A stretch of DNA of 64,000 bases from Octopus sinensis (GCF_006345805.1 NC_043019.1:8679360-8743359); one strand, 5' to 3'. Positions 16,834 through 31,214 are shown, counted from the stretch's first letter. Notes: generated by a model not told the origin, from the letters alone. Numbers and translations are program-made.

Positions 16834-16887
16834 ACAATAATATGTTACATCACTCGATGACTATCGAGTAATGTAACATATTATTGT
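16834..16887. repeat. Hairpin, 25-bp arms, 4-nt loop, 1 mismatch
   Basis: acaataatatgttacatcactcgat-gact-atcgagtaatgtaacatattattgt. Confidence 0.9.
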
Positions 16888-16994
16888 ATAGATAAATTTC
16901 CCCTATTTACATAATATTGAGATCTCTTTCTTTCTTTTGTTATCTTACCGTTTACCAATATATATATATATATATATATAATATATATATAATA

Positions 16995-17099
16995 TATACA
17001 TAACAGTAAATAAATGGTACAACGAAGCACCGATATTTACTGGAAATATTTCCAGTAAATATCGGTACTCGTTGTACCATTTATTTACTTTTATGTATA
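16995..17099. repeat. 105-bp loop-less palindrome
   Basis: Centre ggaaat|atttcc at 17047/17048; the ~52-bp arms differ by about 2 substitutions and 1 indel. Confidence 0.9.
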
Positions 17100-17190
17100 A
17101 TTTTACCTCAGGGCTATTCTTTACTGGAAAGCAATACTCTCGTATTGCATTATATTTTCATATATATATATATATATATAATATATAATC

Positions 17191-17223
<33 letters not shown>

Positions 17224-17293
17224 ATATATATATATTATATATATATACATATATATATTACATATATATATATATATAATATATAATAATATT

Positions 17294-17359
<66 letters not shown>

Positions 17360-17750
17360 GTATATATGTATATAAAACGAACATAATATATACTGTATAA
17401 GCACAAACGCCCTGAACAAACGGACAGAAGTATTTATGTATATCAGTCAGAGTGTATATATATATAAACGTCTATTTCATGTACACGCATGCACACACAC
17501 ACACATACACACACACACACACACACTCACACACACAAACACAAATATTTATATATACATACATCCGCACACATCTAGTTAGTGTTTTTAACAGTTACGG
17601 TATCACATGTGAAGCGGAATTAATAAATAGAAAATTGATGATGGAATACAATTTTAATTACGCTGACATGAGTCAGGTCACTACCCTTGCATCTACCCTC
17701 ATTCTTACATGTATACACATTCTGTAAACTTACGAATAATTATATGTTAC

Positions 17751-17885
17751 CTGCTTAGTATCTTTGATGTTTTCCCAGTTAACTGCTTGCATGTTTGTAG
17801 TTGACTCGCAGGTTAAATACAGAATATTACTGCATGTAAACATGATCGCGGAATGATTTATTGCTATTTTAATGTTATTCATAGT
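17751..17885 (-). CDS. Possible 135-nt exon, phase 0-0 (TMNNIKIAINHSAIMFTCSNILYLTCESTTNMQAVNWENIKDTKQ)
   Basis: Acceptor tatttttgttatttacag|, donor CAG|gtaaca, one open frame. Not directly phase-compatible with 12695-12811. Confidence 0.25.
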
Positions 17886-18966
17886 CTGTAAATAACAAAA
17901 ATAATAGCGAAATGTTCTCTCTGTGTATGTGTGTGACGCGAGGATATGTATGTGAGTGTAATTATGTTTTAAGCGAGTATCTAAGTGTGTAAATACGTAT
18001 TTGCATGCGTGTGTTTGTATTTTTGTGTGCGTAAGAACGGTGTATTTGCTTATATTTGTCAAGAATATATATGAAAGTAAATAAAAGTGAATATCGAAAA
18101 ATAAACGGTCCACGTAAAACTGTAATGTAAAACGGATAAAGAATGTGTGCCAATGCTTAGCTACAAGAGCCGCCATAACAACAGAATTCAGCAACGAAGA
18201 GAAAACAAGGGAAAACAAAGCAACGGAAAGCATGCACATCGACAGCGACAATATTTATACACTCAACAACAACAACAACAACAACAACAAAAGCGAAGAA
18301 TAACAATGAGAATAGAAATAAATAATAACATCAACAACAATAAGCCACAGCAGCAGCAATGACAAGAACAATGGATGATATTAGCAACCGCGAAAAAAAA
18401 AGCTTAGCAACAACAACGTTAAACCAAAAACAAAAAAACAACAACAGGATAATAATCAATAAATATATGTATAACATATAAAGCAATAACAAAATTCATC
18501 AGTAGCAGCATCAAAAAGGACAACATCGTCTACGACATCAACAACAACATGAACAACAGCAGCTTCGACTGCAGCGGGAAAAAATATGATGAACAACAAC
18601 AATAAACCAGACAGAAACATCAACAATTAGAGAATCTCGATGAAAATAATCGACAACAGTCGCAGCAACAACAACAATGGTAATCAGAAGGAAGAATGGA
18701 AGCAACTGGAAGAGAAATGGTAAAAGAAAAAAAAATGGTAAAAAAGAAAGGAGGTGTATGGTTTCAGAAAAACATAAATCAATCTTAAAAATTACGGTTC
18801 TTCAAAAATATGTCTTCAGCGCTAAAGTAAATAATTAAGAAACGACGGGAAAACCAAAGACTGATATGCGAAACCTTTCGGCAGAAAAGCGTGCTTCCGT
18901 TCACACACGCGCACACACAGGCACGCACACACACACAGACATACACACACACAGATACACACACAT

Positions 18967-18998
<32 letters not shown>

Positions 18999-19202
18999 CA
19001 CACACACACACACGCGCGCACACATATATGTAGGGATCAACCCTCTATCTCTCTCGGTATGTATGTCTGCTTGCATTGCATACATGTGTGTGTAACTATT
19101 CACGGGCATAAATTTATGTATTCGTCTATAATTGTGTGTATATATGCACATTTGAATACATATATACATATACACATATCTATATATATCTATCTATCTA
19201 TC

Positions 19203-19281
<79 letters not shown>

Positions 19282-19394
19282 GTATGTATATATAAATAAA
19301 CCTATCTATAGCCAATTGAATGGCGTAAGTGTAGGTGTAAATTTAAGCATGTAGAAACATCTATATCGACATGTGTGTGTATATATGTATATAT

Positions 19395-19458
<64 letters not shown>

Positions 19459-20380
19459 ATATACATATATACATATGTATATATATATGTATACTATGGA
19501 TATTGTCTCTATCTGGTTCTGTTCATATGTGTGTTTGCATAACGGCAAAACGACAGTGAGGGAGGAATACGATGATAAAGCTTAAACGTCTGTTGTTGAA
19601 TTACGGTGCAAAAGCAACCGGGGCTTGCCACTGTTTGGTCGGGGCGGGAACTCGGATAAGATACACCAAACTAGTATATCGTATGTCATGCAAAACATTT
19701 TAAAATCTCGTATTTGTGATTAACAGTAATTTGCAAGTTCACTTGCCGCTTTGATACTGGCAACCATTAAGAAACAAAATACAGAGTTTATCGGAGGGGG
19801 TTATATAGAAACGCTGCAATCTGATATGGACACAAATAACAACCAATTTAACAAGTTCGTCTGTAGGTGTTTTATATATATATATATGTGTCTGCATGCA
19901 TCCATATGCATTTATATAAATGTGTGTGTGTGCATGTGTGTGTGTGTATGTGTGTGTGTCTCTGTGTGTGTGTGCAGGTGTGTGTATTAGCGAATAGTTA
20001 ATGTTACATGGACAGATGAGTCTAGGTATATAATCGTGCATACATGTGGGAATGCCTCAAGATGTGATAGCGTATATATATATATGTATATGTATATGTA
20101 TATATATATATACACATATATATATATACACATATATACATAATATATATACATACATGTATGTGTATATATATATATGTAAAAATATATACATGCATAT
20201 GTACAGTGTATGACGTGTATACAGATATATGTACGGCAATTAACGTAAGATATGAAAATGGAAATTAACACACAAACTTACATGCGTACAATCATACATA
20301 ACTCTATACATACACACATTTCATTTGTATATGTATATATATATGTGTATGTATATATATTTATATATATATATATATTG

Positions 20381-22502
20381 TTTGGCATCCTTTCTGTCTC
20401 GGGAGACAATGGAGTTGCGCATTTTTTTTTTTTTTTCTAGGTCTAGTCCGGCTGTTATATTTTATTTCCTGTTACACTTCTTGCTGTGGCTGTGTAGTCC
20501 TATCCTGGACAAACACTCCCTCTGGCAGGTACTGCAAATGTAGCGAAGTCTGTTCCTGGCTGATTGTAGTGCCATGGTCTCTGTTTATGTCTCTTCCTTT
20601 CTTTCCTTCTCCTTTCTCTTTCTGTCACTCCTCTGTATACCCTCTTTTACTGTACGTCGCCATTCTCCACGGTTGCCGGCGACTGCCTCCCAACCGCTAA
20701 TGTTGATGTTGCAGGCCTTCATATCCTTTTGCAAACATCCTTGTAACGCAAGATCGGTCTACCCACAGACCTAGTACCCCTAGCAAGCTCTCCGTAGAGT
20801 ATGTCCTTGGGGATTCTGCCATCTTTCATACGGCTAACATGCCCAAGCCATCTCATACGTCTTTGTGTGAGGAGTGCAAACATGCTTGGTATTCCTGCTT
20901 GCCTGAGGACATCTTTGTTGGGGATATGATTCTGCCATTTGATGTGGAGGATTTTTCGGGGGGCAGCGCAGGTGAAAGATGTTTAGGCGACGCTCTTGGC
21001 GTGTGTATAGCGTCCAGGTCTCGCTTCCATACAGTAGAGTGCTGAGTACACATGCCTGGTAGATCTTCATTTTTGTGGTCTTGGTCAGCTTATTGTTGTC
21101 CCAAGCCCGTTTGGAGAGTTGGGCCATCGCAGCAGCTGCCTTGCCAATGCGTATATTGAGCTCAGCGTCAAGGGATAGGTTGTAGGTGACGGTAGAGCCC
21201 AGATAGGTAAACTTCTCCACCTCTTGTAATCTGTGGTCTCCAATATGTATGTTTGGGATGTCCGATGTAGCCTGGCCCATGATGTTGGTCTTCTTAAGGC
21301 TGATAGCTAAGCCAAAGTCGTTACATGCTTGCTCAAAACAGTTAATGAGCCTTTGAGGGCTTCTTCTGTGTGTGTTACCAGAGCCGGCATCATCAGCAAA
21401 TAACATCTTGATCAGGACGTTTCTGATTTTGGTCTTGGCACGCAGGCGCGAGAGATTGAACAGTTTCCCGTCACTTCTACTGTGCAGAAACACTCCATCA
21501 TCTGATGTCTGAAAGGCATGTGACAGCAAGAGTGAGAAGAACATGCCAAACAATGTAGGAGCGAGGACCAGCCTTGCTTTACCCCGTTTTTTATTTGGAA
21601 GGCGGCTGATGTTGAACCGTTGTGCTGTATGGTGCCTTGCATGTCATCATGGAAAGACTTGATGATCCTCAGCAGCTTTGGTGGACATCCGATTTTTTGG
21701 AGCAGGAGGAGAGGCCTGTTCTACTTACCGAGTCAAAAGCCTTTGTTAGATCAATGAAGGCCATATATAATGGCATTTTCTGCTCTCTGGACTTCTCCTG
21801 AAGTTGGCGTATGGAGAATATCATATCGATAGTTGATCTGCTTCTTCTAAAGCCACACTGCGATTCCGGATAGATTCGAGAAGCAAGTAGTTGTAGCCTG
21901 GCCAGGATAACGCGGGCAAAGGTCTTTCCAACAGTGCTTAGAAGGGATATACCACGGTAATTGTTACAATCACCACGGTCACCTTTGTTTTTGTAGAGCG
22001 TAATGATGTTGGCATCCCGCATATCCTGAGGGACTGTACCCTCTTCCCAGCACTGACACAGAAGCTCATGAAGGTGCCGAAGCAGGATGGTGTTTTTGCC
22101 GGCTTTGATGATCTCTGAGGGGATGCCGTCTTTTCCCGGAGCCTTATTTCTTGCTAGGGAGTCAACAGCCTTGGTGAGCTCTGCTATAGATGGCGGACTG
22201 TCAAGTTCGCACATGACTGGCAAGATCTGACACTCTCGACTGCAGCCTCAGCCACTGTGGTCTCCCGTGAGTAGAGATCCTGGTAGTGCTCCACCCATCT
22301 ATCCATTTGCTTGCCTTGATCCCTGATGAGATCTCCAGTAGTTGATTTCAGAGGGGCTGACTTGGTTGCGGATGGACCGAGGGCCTTCTTCAAACCAGCA
22401 TACATCCCACGGGTGTCGCCCCTGTCAGCAGCTGACTGGATACTCTGACAGATTTCCTGCCAATACCTATTTGCACAGCATCTGGCTGTCAGTTGGGTTT
22501 TA
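20381..22502 (-). mobile_element. 5'-truncated RTE-clade (BovB-like) LINE with frameshifted reverse transcriptase
   Basis: ORF pieces KAPGKDGIP, RDANIITLYKNKGDRGDCNNYRGISLL, QCGFRRSRSTIDMIF, FIDLTKAFD, LFADD, FTYLGS, LLYGSETW; C-terminal CSTCQRECLSRIGLHSH with stop at ~20462; short 3' UTR with hairpin tgtctc-gg-gagaca. Confidence 0.95.
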
Positions 22503-24252
22503 TGCCACACGATGACGATACGCAAAGCTAAGAATATATATATAACAGTGTACATTTAAAACATACGGATTCCACTCGTGGGATGCAACACGCTACAAAG
22601 AACAGCTAGGTTCTATAACCACAAAATTAGGGATAAAATTCGACAGGAACGAAATGAAAAAAATATAAACTTTTACCATCAAGTTTCTTGGACCAATTGG
22701 TTTCTGATTTTAGTTTAGCATAAAAATAGTATTCGCTAGGTGAAATCTACTTCAACAGGTACACTTTAGGTACACCTTAGATTAAATATAGAAAACACGA
22801 GGACAACCAAATATGTGCCTCTTGTTTATACATCCTATTTCTTTCAATATTTTTATCTCTCAATTAATGAACCATATATATACTATATATCAAATATCCT
22901 ACATTAATATTATAAGAATATAAATAAAACTTAAAAAAACAGACAGAGTTGGAATTCCTTTAAATAATATATATATGTATATATATGCAACATTGTGTAT
23001 ATGTGTGAGCGGGAGTGAGAGAGGGGGTGAAAGACAGGTGAAGGAGAGAGTGAGTGAGAAAGTGTGAATGAGCGGGCGGAAGATAAAGGAATGGAAAAGA
23101 GTGATGTCATGGAAGAGATTGCTAAACTCCAAGTAAACGAGTTAACGGAGTCACGAAGACCTGTTCGTCTCTTCTTCGTCTTTGTATTCACACATATATC
23201 CACGTGTGTGCGTGTACGCGCGTACGTATAAATATGTACGTGTATGAGCGTTTATCTGCGTATGTATGTATGCATGTGTGTGTGTGTTTATCAAGATCTT
23301 GTTTGAAGTATTTGTCGTATTGTTTTGTTCTTATTTTCCCAACCAATCAACGTGATGTGTCATTCTGAACCAAATAACACGAGTATAGACGAAAAATGAA
23401 ACCCAAGTAAAAAACAAAAAACATAATAAATCACATGTACAAAATATGATAGAATTAAGGACAGAACGGAAGAATTTTTTTTAATATATATATATATATA
23501 TATTAAACGTCAATAAATAAAAAAAAAGTAATATAAAAAATTAATTCTCCATAAATACAATGAAAAAATACATCAAATGCCACAAATATTTATATTAAGA
23601 CCACATTTTAAAATTAAAAAATTCGGAGCGACGCTCTACGAATAAATAAAAAAAATTACAACAAATTTAATTCCTGAAACAAAACATTTTATAAAATATA
23701 ACATAAAACAATAAATTAATGGTCTAAAACATCGAAATATTAGAGTAAAACAAAAATATTATATTTTCAAACTTTATATGTAATAATATTATATGAATAA
23801 AAAAGAAGAGATTGTATAATTAATAGGAAAGAAAGCGGAACATAAAAAATAAATCTGTAGCTATAAACGCAGAATTCATCACGTAAGAATAATGTAGAAA
23901 TATCGCATTCAATAAAACACACAAAAATAAACAAAAGTAAGAGAAGAGAAAGAAAGGAAAAGAAAGAAGAAAGACAAATAAGAGTAATGCTACAGAGATA
24001 TACATTTCAGTGCAGGCTTAGAAACAGTTAAATGATATTTTCTCAGCTTTAAACGTCGTTATTAATATACGTATTCATCAGGGCCGCCATCTTCGACATC
24101 AAAAACGTGAGCGTTATTAAAGAAAAACGAATAACAACATCGCCCACGACAGAAACTTTGAAATCAACATTAAAATTGAGTTTCACTTGCGGCGGAAGTA
24201 TCAACAGCATTGTGTGGTACATGGTATAACGACATATGTAATAATAATAATG

Positions 24253-24317
<65 letters not shown>

Positions 24318-24382
24318 TATACATATATACATATGTATATACGTATATATGTAAGCATGTACATATACGTATGTGCATATGC

Positions 24383-24414
<32 letters not shown>

Positions 24415-24676
24415 TAATATATATATATATCTATATATCTTACATATATATATTCATATTATTTATATTATTATATGATTGAACGCAACGCATCCTCTTC
24501 CAAGTAACTTTTATCTATCGATTTATCTATCCATCTATCTATGTTTTTATCTCTCTCTTTCTATCAATCTATATATGTGTGTGTGTATATATATATGTGT
24601 ATATATGTGTATATATATCTATATGCATATGTATATATACGTATATATATATATATGTATGTAAATATATATATAA

Positions 24677-24711
<35 letters not shown>

Positions 24712-25449
24712 CACCACACATCTATAAATGAATAGTCCTCTAGTCATCTCTGCGATGAACGTCATTGTGATCATAAGCTAATGACCGCTATAATCATCAT
24801 CATCAACATTAGCAGCAGCAGCTGCAGCTTCATCAGCATGGTCGTCACCGTCGACATCAACCTCTTCTCCACCATCATCGCAATTTGGCCAACCTTCATG
24901 ACCAACGATGATATAAATTTTCGTTCTAGAAATAATCCTGTTTGGACAAAAATATTGATAAATATAATGATGACTATGATGATGATGATGAAGAGCATGA
25001 TTATGATGAGGATGATGATGATGACGAAGGGAGGAAGAGGGGAAAGAAATTTGTGATGATGTCTGATGGAGGTTGTTGTTGTTGATGGTGGTGGCGTGGG
25101 TAGTGGGACCGGTGACACGATGGTGGTTGTGACTCGATGGTGACAGCGACGCGGTGATGATAGCTTGGCGGTGGTGACATGGTGGAGGCGTCGTGGCGGT
25201 CTCATTGGTGCTGGTCACAATGGAGATTATTCAGATGATGACTGAGATGATGATGATAATGATGATAAGGACCTTGATGGTATTATTTCAAAAAATGTTT
25301 ATTAAAACAAAATAACGAAGCAACATCAACAACAACGAAAATGATCAGAAACCAAAAAAACAACATAACCAATAAGAAAAAAAACTACATAATAAGCAAC
25401 AACAACAGTTATATGAACAACATAAACTTAGTACAAGAACAACAACCGC

Positions 25450-25481
<32 letters not shown>

Positions 25482-25558
25482 CGCTCAGCTAAAATATATA
25501 ATAACTTTTCCTTTTTTAATGACAGTGAAATATGTCGGCCGGTCGCTGTGTGACTTAA

Positions 25559-25576
25559 TTGCGATAGGTGGCGCTA
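25559..25576 (+). promoter_or_regulatory. CTCF-like motif (GCGATAGGTGGCGCT)
   Basis: Matches the AGGTGGCGC core of the CTCF consensus; the 5' part deviates. Confidence 0.3.
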
Positions 25577-26440
25577 AAAGCTCTATTCAGATTGTTATCT
25601 ATTACAATTCCACGCCAGATAAAAATCCTCTCACTTATTACATCAATAGAATGGTTGGAGTAGCTTTTTTTTCTCTTTCTTTTTTTTTCTAATTTTCGTC
25701 GTTTCTTTTATATTTTCGCCATTTATTTTTGGCTCTCATTTTTCGTCTTCTAACCTCATTTACTGTTTTAGATTTTCTTTTTTACTCCCTCATCCCTTCC
25801 TTTTACTCATTTATCTCTTTTATTATTATTATTATTATATTATTATTATTATTATTATATTATTATTATTATTATTATAATTATTATTATTATTGTAGTT
25901 GTTGATCTTGTTGCTGTTGTTGTTGTTGTCTTGTCATTATCTGTCTTCGCTAATTTGCATATCTGTCCATTTTCCTTTAAAAGTTACCATCGCGATAATA
26001 ATCATCACCATCATCATCGTCATCATCATCATCATCATCAACATCACCATCATCATCGTCATCATCGTCATCATCATCATTATTATGACAATCAGTATTA
26101 TCTGCCTTCTGATCTATATCATTATCATCAGTAATCAGCATCACCACAAACAACAACAACAACAACGCCACCTCAACAAATGTCATCTCCATCATCCTCC
26201 TCCACTTCTTTCTCTTTCTCGTCCTCTTCATTGTCAATATTATCATCATCATCATCATCATCATCAGCATCATATTCATCATAATTCTCATCACTACATT
26301 TCCCTATAATTATTATCATGACCACTGAAACAATAATGACAATCTTTCCTATTAATGGTGCATAATAATAAAAATAATAAAAATAATAATAACGACAATA
26401 ATAGCAATAGTAATAATAACAATGATAAAATAATGATAAT

Positions 26441-26502
<62 letters not shown>

Positions 26503-26545
26503 CAATGATAAAAATAATGATAATATTAATAAAATAAATATTATA

Positions 26546-26589
<44 letters not shown>

Positions 26590-26620
26590 ACCTATAGTTA
26601 TAATAGTAATAATAATTCTT

Positions 26621-26826
26621 TCTATTAGAGACATAAGGTTTGAAATTTGGGGGAGGGATATAGACAACAGCATCGACCCTAGTGCTCAACTGGTACGTAT
26701 TTTACTGGCTCTGAAAGGATGAAAGGAAAAGTCGACCTCGGCGGAATTTGAACTCAGAACGTAGCGGCACACGGAATACGGCTACGCATTTCGTCCAGCG
26801 AGCAAACGATTCTGCTAGCTCGCCGC
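26621..26826 (-). mobile_element. tRNA-derived SINE, family A (alternative 3' tail)
   Basis: Same head and central motif as 539-769; tail resembles unit 954-1150. Inserted between (ATT)n and (AAT)n tracts. Confidence 0.85.
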
Positions 26827-26835
26827 GTTACAATG

Positions 26836-26895
<60 letters not shown>

Positions 26896-27668
26896 TAATA
26901 ATAATATAATAGTAGTAATAATAATTATAATAATAATAATAAATGTTGTGATTTTAGATTTGATCACGTGATTTTGATTGCCTCGATTGCTGTTATATGA
27001 CTGCAGTGCGTCTGCGCGGAGGTCTGTTCAAACGCTACTTTGTGTGTGCTGAGACTTGCCATGGTGGAATAAGCTAAAAGAAAAGATAGCATAGATGAGT
27101 AGAATGGTAGAGTGTACTACTATTATTGGCACACATCGGTAGACCGGAATGCCACAGGCTTTCGCTCGCGATTTTGTCTCGGAGGAAACATTTTTCACAG
27201 AAAAAAAAATTATATCTTGGCTACCAAATGCCGAGAAATCGTTGCCTCGAACCGAATCGCTACAATACCAAAACACTTTTGATGATTTCCCGATTCCAGC
27301 GTCGACAAAGGTGAGGCTGCTCCAGCGTTCGGTCCGGACTGCATTCTCATCTCCATCGTTCTCTCTCTATCTCCATTCCTTCTCCTCTCTCTTCTCTCTC
27401 TTCTCTCTCTCTCTCTCTCTCTCTGTCATTCTTCTATTCTACCACCCAAACTATAACGTCTAATTACCCATCCAACAACGTTCCACTAACTTGTCACTCC
27501 ACCTCTCATTATAATTAATACGCTTCACACCCCACTCCAAGCCCAACCAGGGTGTCGCGACATTAATTCTAGAAGACTAAACATTTGGAAATCCCTGCCC
27601 CCTCATATCCATCGCACCATCAATGTTTTAGATCGAGAAACAACCACCATATACTTTATATATACATA

Positions 27669-27835
27669 GGAGCAGGCGTGGTTGTGTGGTAGCAAGCTTC
27701 CTTCCAAACCTCATGGTTCGAGGTTCAGTCCCACTGCGTAGCACCTCGGCCAAATGTCTTCTGCTATAGTCTCGTATCAACCAAAGCCTTGTTAGTAGAT
27801 TTGGTAGACGGAAACTGACAGAAGCCCTTCGTTTA
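27669..27835 (+). mobile_element. CORE-type tRNA SINE (family B), 5' half
   Basis: A-box TGGTTGTGTGGT, B-box GGTTCAGTCC; aligns with the copy at 30361. Confidence 0.85.
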
Positions 27836-27945
27836 CATATGCATATATATATATTTATATATACATATATACAAACATACACAAAGACATACACACACAT
27901 ACACACACACACTCACAAACACACACACACACACACATATATATA

Positions 27946-27989
<44 letters not shown>

Positions 27990-28001
27990 TATGCATAGTA
28001 A

Positions 28002-28079
28002 AAGGGCTTCTGTCAGTTTCCGTCTACCAAATCTACTAACAAGGCTTTGGTTGATACGAGGCTATAGCAGAAGATATTT
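28002..28079 (-). repeat. Inverted copy of 27752-27829
   Basis: 78-bp arm with only 2 mismatches to the left arm. Confidence 0.95.
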
Positions 28080-28847
28080 ATATCGGTTGTCTTTCGCTCT
28101 GAAAAATGTCTGAAATATCTTGTGAAGAACTATACTTCAACTCCCTTTTTTATCAAATCTTCATTTCATGTAGATTGGGTACTTGTCCCATATTTTATAT
28201 GAAGTGCTTCTTGCACCAGCAGGTCCGTGGGTCCCACCATCACCCGCTGCTTTGAGCATCGCGAATGCTACTATTTAACAAGCTGGCCACGGCCCTCAAA
28301 CACATAGATACATTAATAAATGTGTGTGTGTGTGTGTGTGTCCGTGTGTATTGGTATTCATGCCTGCATGTGTCATTCCTGTATTTTTGTGTGTGCGATT
28401 TCAGTCCTATGTCTCTCTGTCCGTGCCATCAATTGTATTTCTACTTTTTGCATATTACGAAATCAAGTTTGCCAAACTAACTATCGATCTGATTTTGAAG
28501 ATAGATAGCGCGGAAGAAAATAGAAGACAATCCAAAATAATATAATTCGAAGAAATAAAATGCAGTAAAAAAAGAAAATGAGGACATTAGTGTTACGACT
28601 TGCATTTGTCCAACTTTAATTTATTTATAAGATTTTTCCCTCATTGACTCAGGCGTGATATTAAGAAAAAATAAAGTCAAATTAAACAGCTTCACCGCCA
28701 GGCAGCGTAGATTTCTTTCTTTCAATCTCTGTAGTATATATGTATGTATGTAAATATATATATATATATATATATAATATATATATATATATGTATGTAT
28801 GTATGTATATATATGTATGTATGTATATATGTATGTATGTATGTATG

Positions 28848-28902
<55 letters not shown>

Positions 28903-29031
28903 ACGACATTCGCGTTGATAAAATACATGGTACATATATTTTTTATGTGGTATATATATATACATGTATATATATATATATATATAATATAATATATATA
29001 TATATATATATATATAATAGGTATGTATATA

Positions 29032-29082
<51 letters not shown>

Positions 29083-29083
29083 T

Positions 29084-29117
<34 letters not shown>

Positions 29118-29595
29118 ATATATCATCATTTTAATCAACGCGAACGTTGCTAGTACATACAATGTAATTACGAAAGTAGATTTGTTCCCACACCTGCAAA
29201 TTTCAAATAAGAAATATCATTAAAAGAAAATAAATTACAACAAGAAAAACTTATTTAAAGAAAAACCAAATCGCAAAAATTTGCATTAAGAAAAAAACCT
29301 GGGTATTTCAACAACGAAGTATAACATCAACGATTTGTATACCTTAAACAGAGTGTATGGCCGCATTTGGTACTGGAATGTTGTGAGACAAACACGAAAC
29401 ATGTATATGTGCATGTATATGTATGCATTACATATGTAGAATGCGATATATATACATGCATACATGAAGACACACACATATGTTGTTATATCGGGACAGT
29501 CATTTTTTATCATCAAATTTCATTTTGTGGCAAATAAACACACGCACTTTATATTCCTTCTTTACTTATTTTATGCCCTATTCCCCATTCTCTCC

Positions 29596-29668
<73 letters not shown>

Positions 29669-29765
29669 TAGATAGATAGATAGACATTTAATATATATAT
29701 TATATATGTATATATATATATGTGTGTATATATGTATATATATACATATATGTGTGTGTGCGTGT

Positions 29766-29800
<35 letters not shown>

Positions 29801-29801
<1 letters not shown>

Positions 29802-29905
29802 ACGGAGATGTACTTGCATAGCGAGTGACTTGGTCTGAGACCGTGTGCTGAAACAAAGACAATAGCAGCGTGGAGGATGTTTGTAAGCCATTTAAGATCA
29901 CGTTG
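29801..29905. mobile_element. Possible Penelope-like terminal relic
   Basis: Recognised from memory as a recurrent octopus repeat (gagatgtacttgcatagc...taagccatttaa) embedded in microsatellite; single copy in this window. Confidence 0.3.
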
Positions 29906-30171
29906 CAATTGTTTATGTATATATGTATATTTATATATATATATATATATACATACACGCACACTCTCACACACACATGCACACACATACATACTCGCAC
30001 ATATATATATATATAAGTAAAAGAGGTCAAGGTAGAAAATACTAAAATAATTTTATCATGAAGAACATTTTAGTACAGGATTCAGTCTTTGAGCCTTTTT
30101 TCAATTTAGATTAAACCAGGAAATGCAAAAAGCAGTAACATTGTGGAAAACTTAAATGAAAGGATTTTTTC

Positions 30172-30353
30172 TTTAATATGTCCATAGTTTTCAAATACAA
30201 GAGACATTTTCCATTACTTTATCTCTCTCTATTTTACTGAATTAAATATTCCTTTATACCTGCTACTGCCTACCTGCCGAGCCTTCACAAAAGTGAAAGA
30301 GAGAGGCAGAAAATGAAAGTGTCCCAAGTATTTGAAAATATGGAAATATTAAA
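30172..30353. mobile_element. MITE-like element with imperfect ~40-bp TIRs
   Basis: tttaatatgtccatagttttcaaatacaagagacattttc versus gaaagtgtcccaagtatttgaaaatatggaaatattaaa. Confidence 0.6.
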
Positions 30354-30360
30354 AATAAAC

Positions 30361-30757
30361 CTGTGTGGTAAGTAGCTTGTTTACCAACCACATGGTTCCG
30401 GGTTCAGTCCCACTGCGTGGCACCTTGGGCAAGTGCCTTCTACTATAGCCTCGGGCCGACCAAAGCCTTGTGAGTGGATTTGATAGACGGAAACTGAAAG
30501 AAGCCCGGCGTATATATGTATATATATATATATGCGTGTGTGTGTTTGAGTGTCTGTGTTTGTCCCCCTAGCATTGCTCGACAAACGATGTTGGTGTGTT
30601 CATGTCCCCGTTACTTAGCGGTTCGGCAAAAGAGACTGATAGAATAAGTACTGGACTTACAAAAGAATAAGTCCCGGGGTCGAGTTGCTCGACTAAAAGC
30701 GGTGCTCCAGCATGGCCGCAGTCAAATGACTGAAACTAGTAAAAGAGTAAAAGAGAG
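30361..30757 (+). mobile_element. Near full-length CORE-type tRNA SINE (family B, octopus OR-type)
   Basis: tRNA-like head, CORE-like CCTTGGGCAAGTG, internal (TA)(TG) microsatellite, tail ending AAAAGAGTAAAAGAG. Confidence 0.85.
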
Positions 30758-31166
30758 AGTATTTAATTTTTCTACAATTCAATTGTTTTTCATGCTTTAC
30801 TCTAAGTTGAAGAATCACAAAGACTGAAAATGCTCTTCATGATATAATTATTTTAGCATTTTATAGCTTGTCCTATTTTTCCTTAGACTTTTTACTTAGA
30901 CTTTTTCCTTATACTTATCCACTCGTGTGTTAATATTCAACCTTCACACACATACATACACATACTTAAAAATGCTAGTTCTAAAATCTCTCTCAGAAAT
31001 CAATCAGTAGTTGTACTAAAAAGTAATGTTCGTAGCAACTTAATCGTAGATGTCCGTTCAAACGGAGTTTACTGCGAATTTTAAACCCATAATGTGAGTG
31101 TGCATAAATATAGATATATATATATACATATAGACACAAATATATATAATGTATATATTTATAATG

Positions 31167-31214
<48 letters not shown>

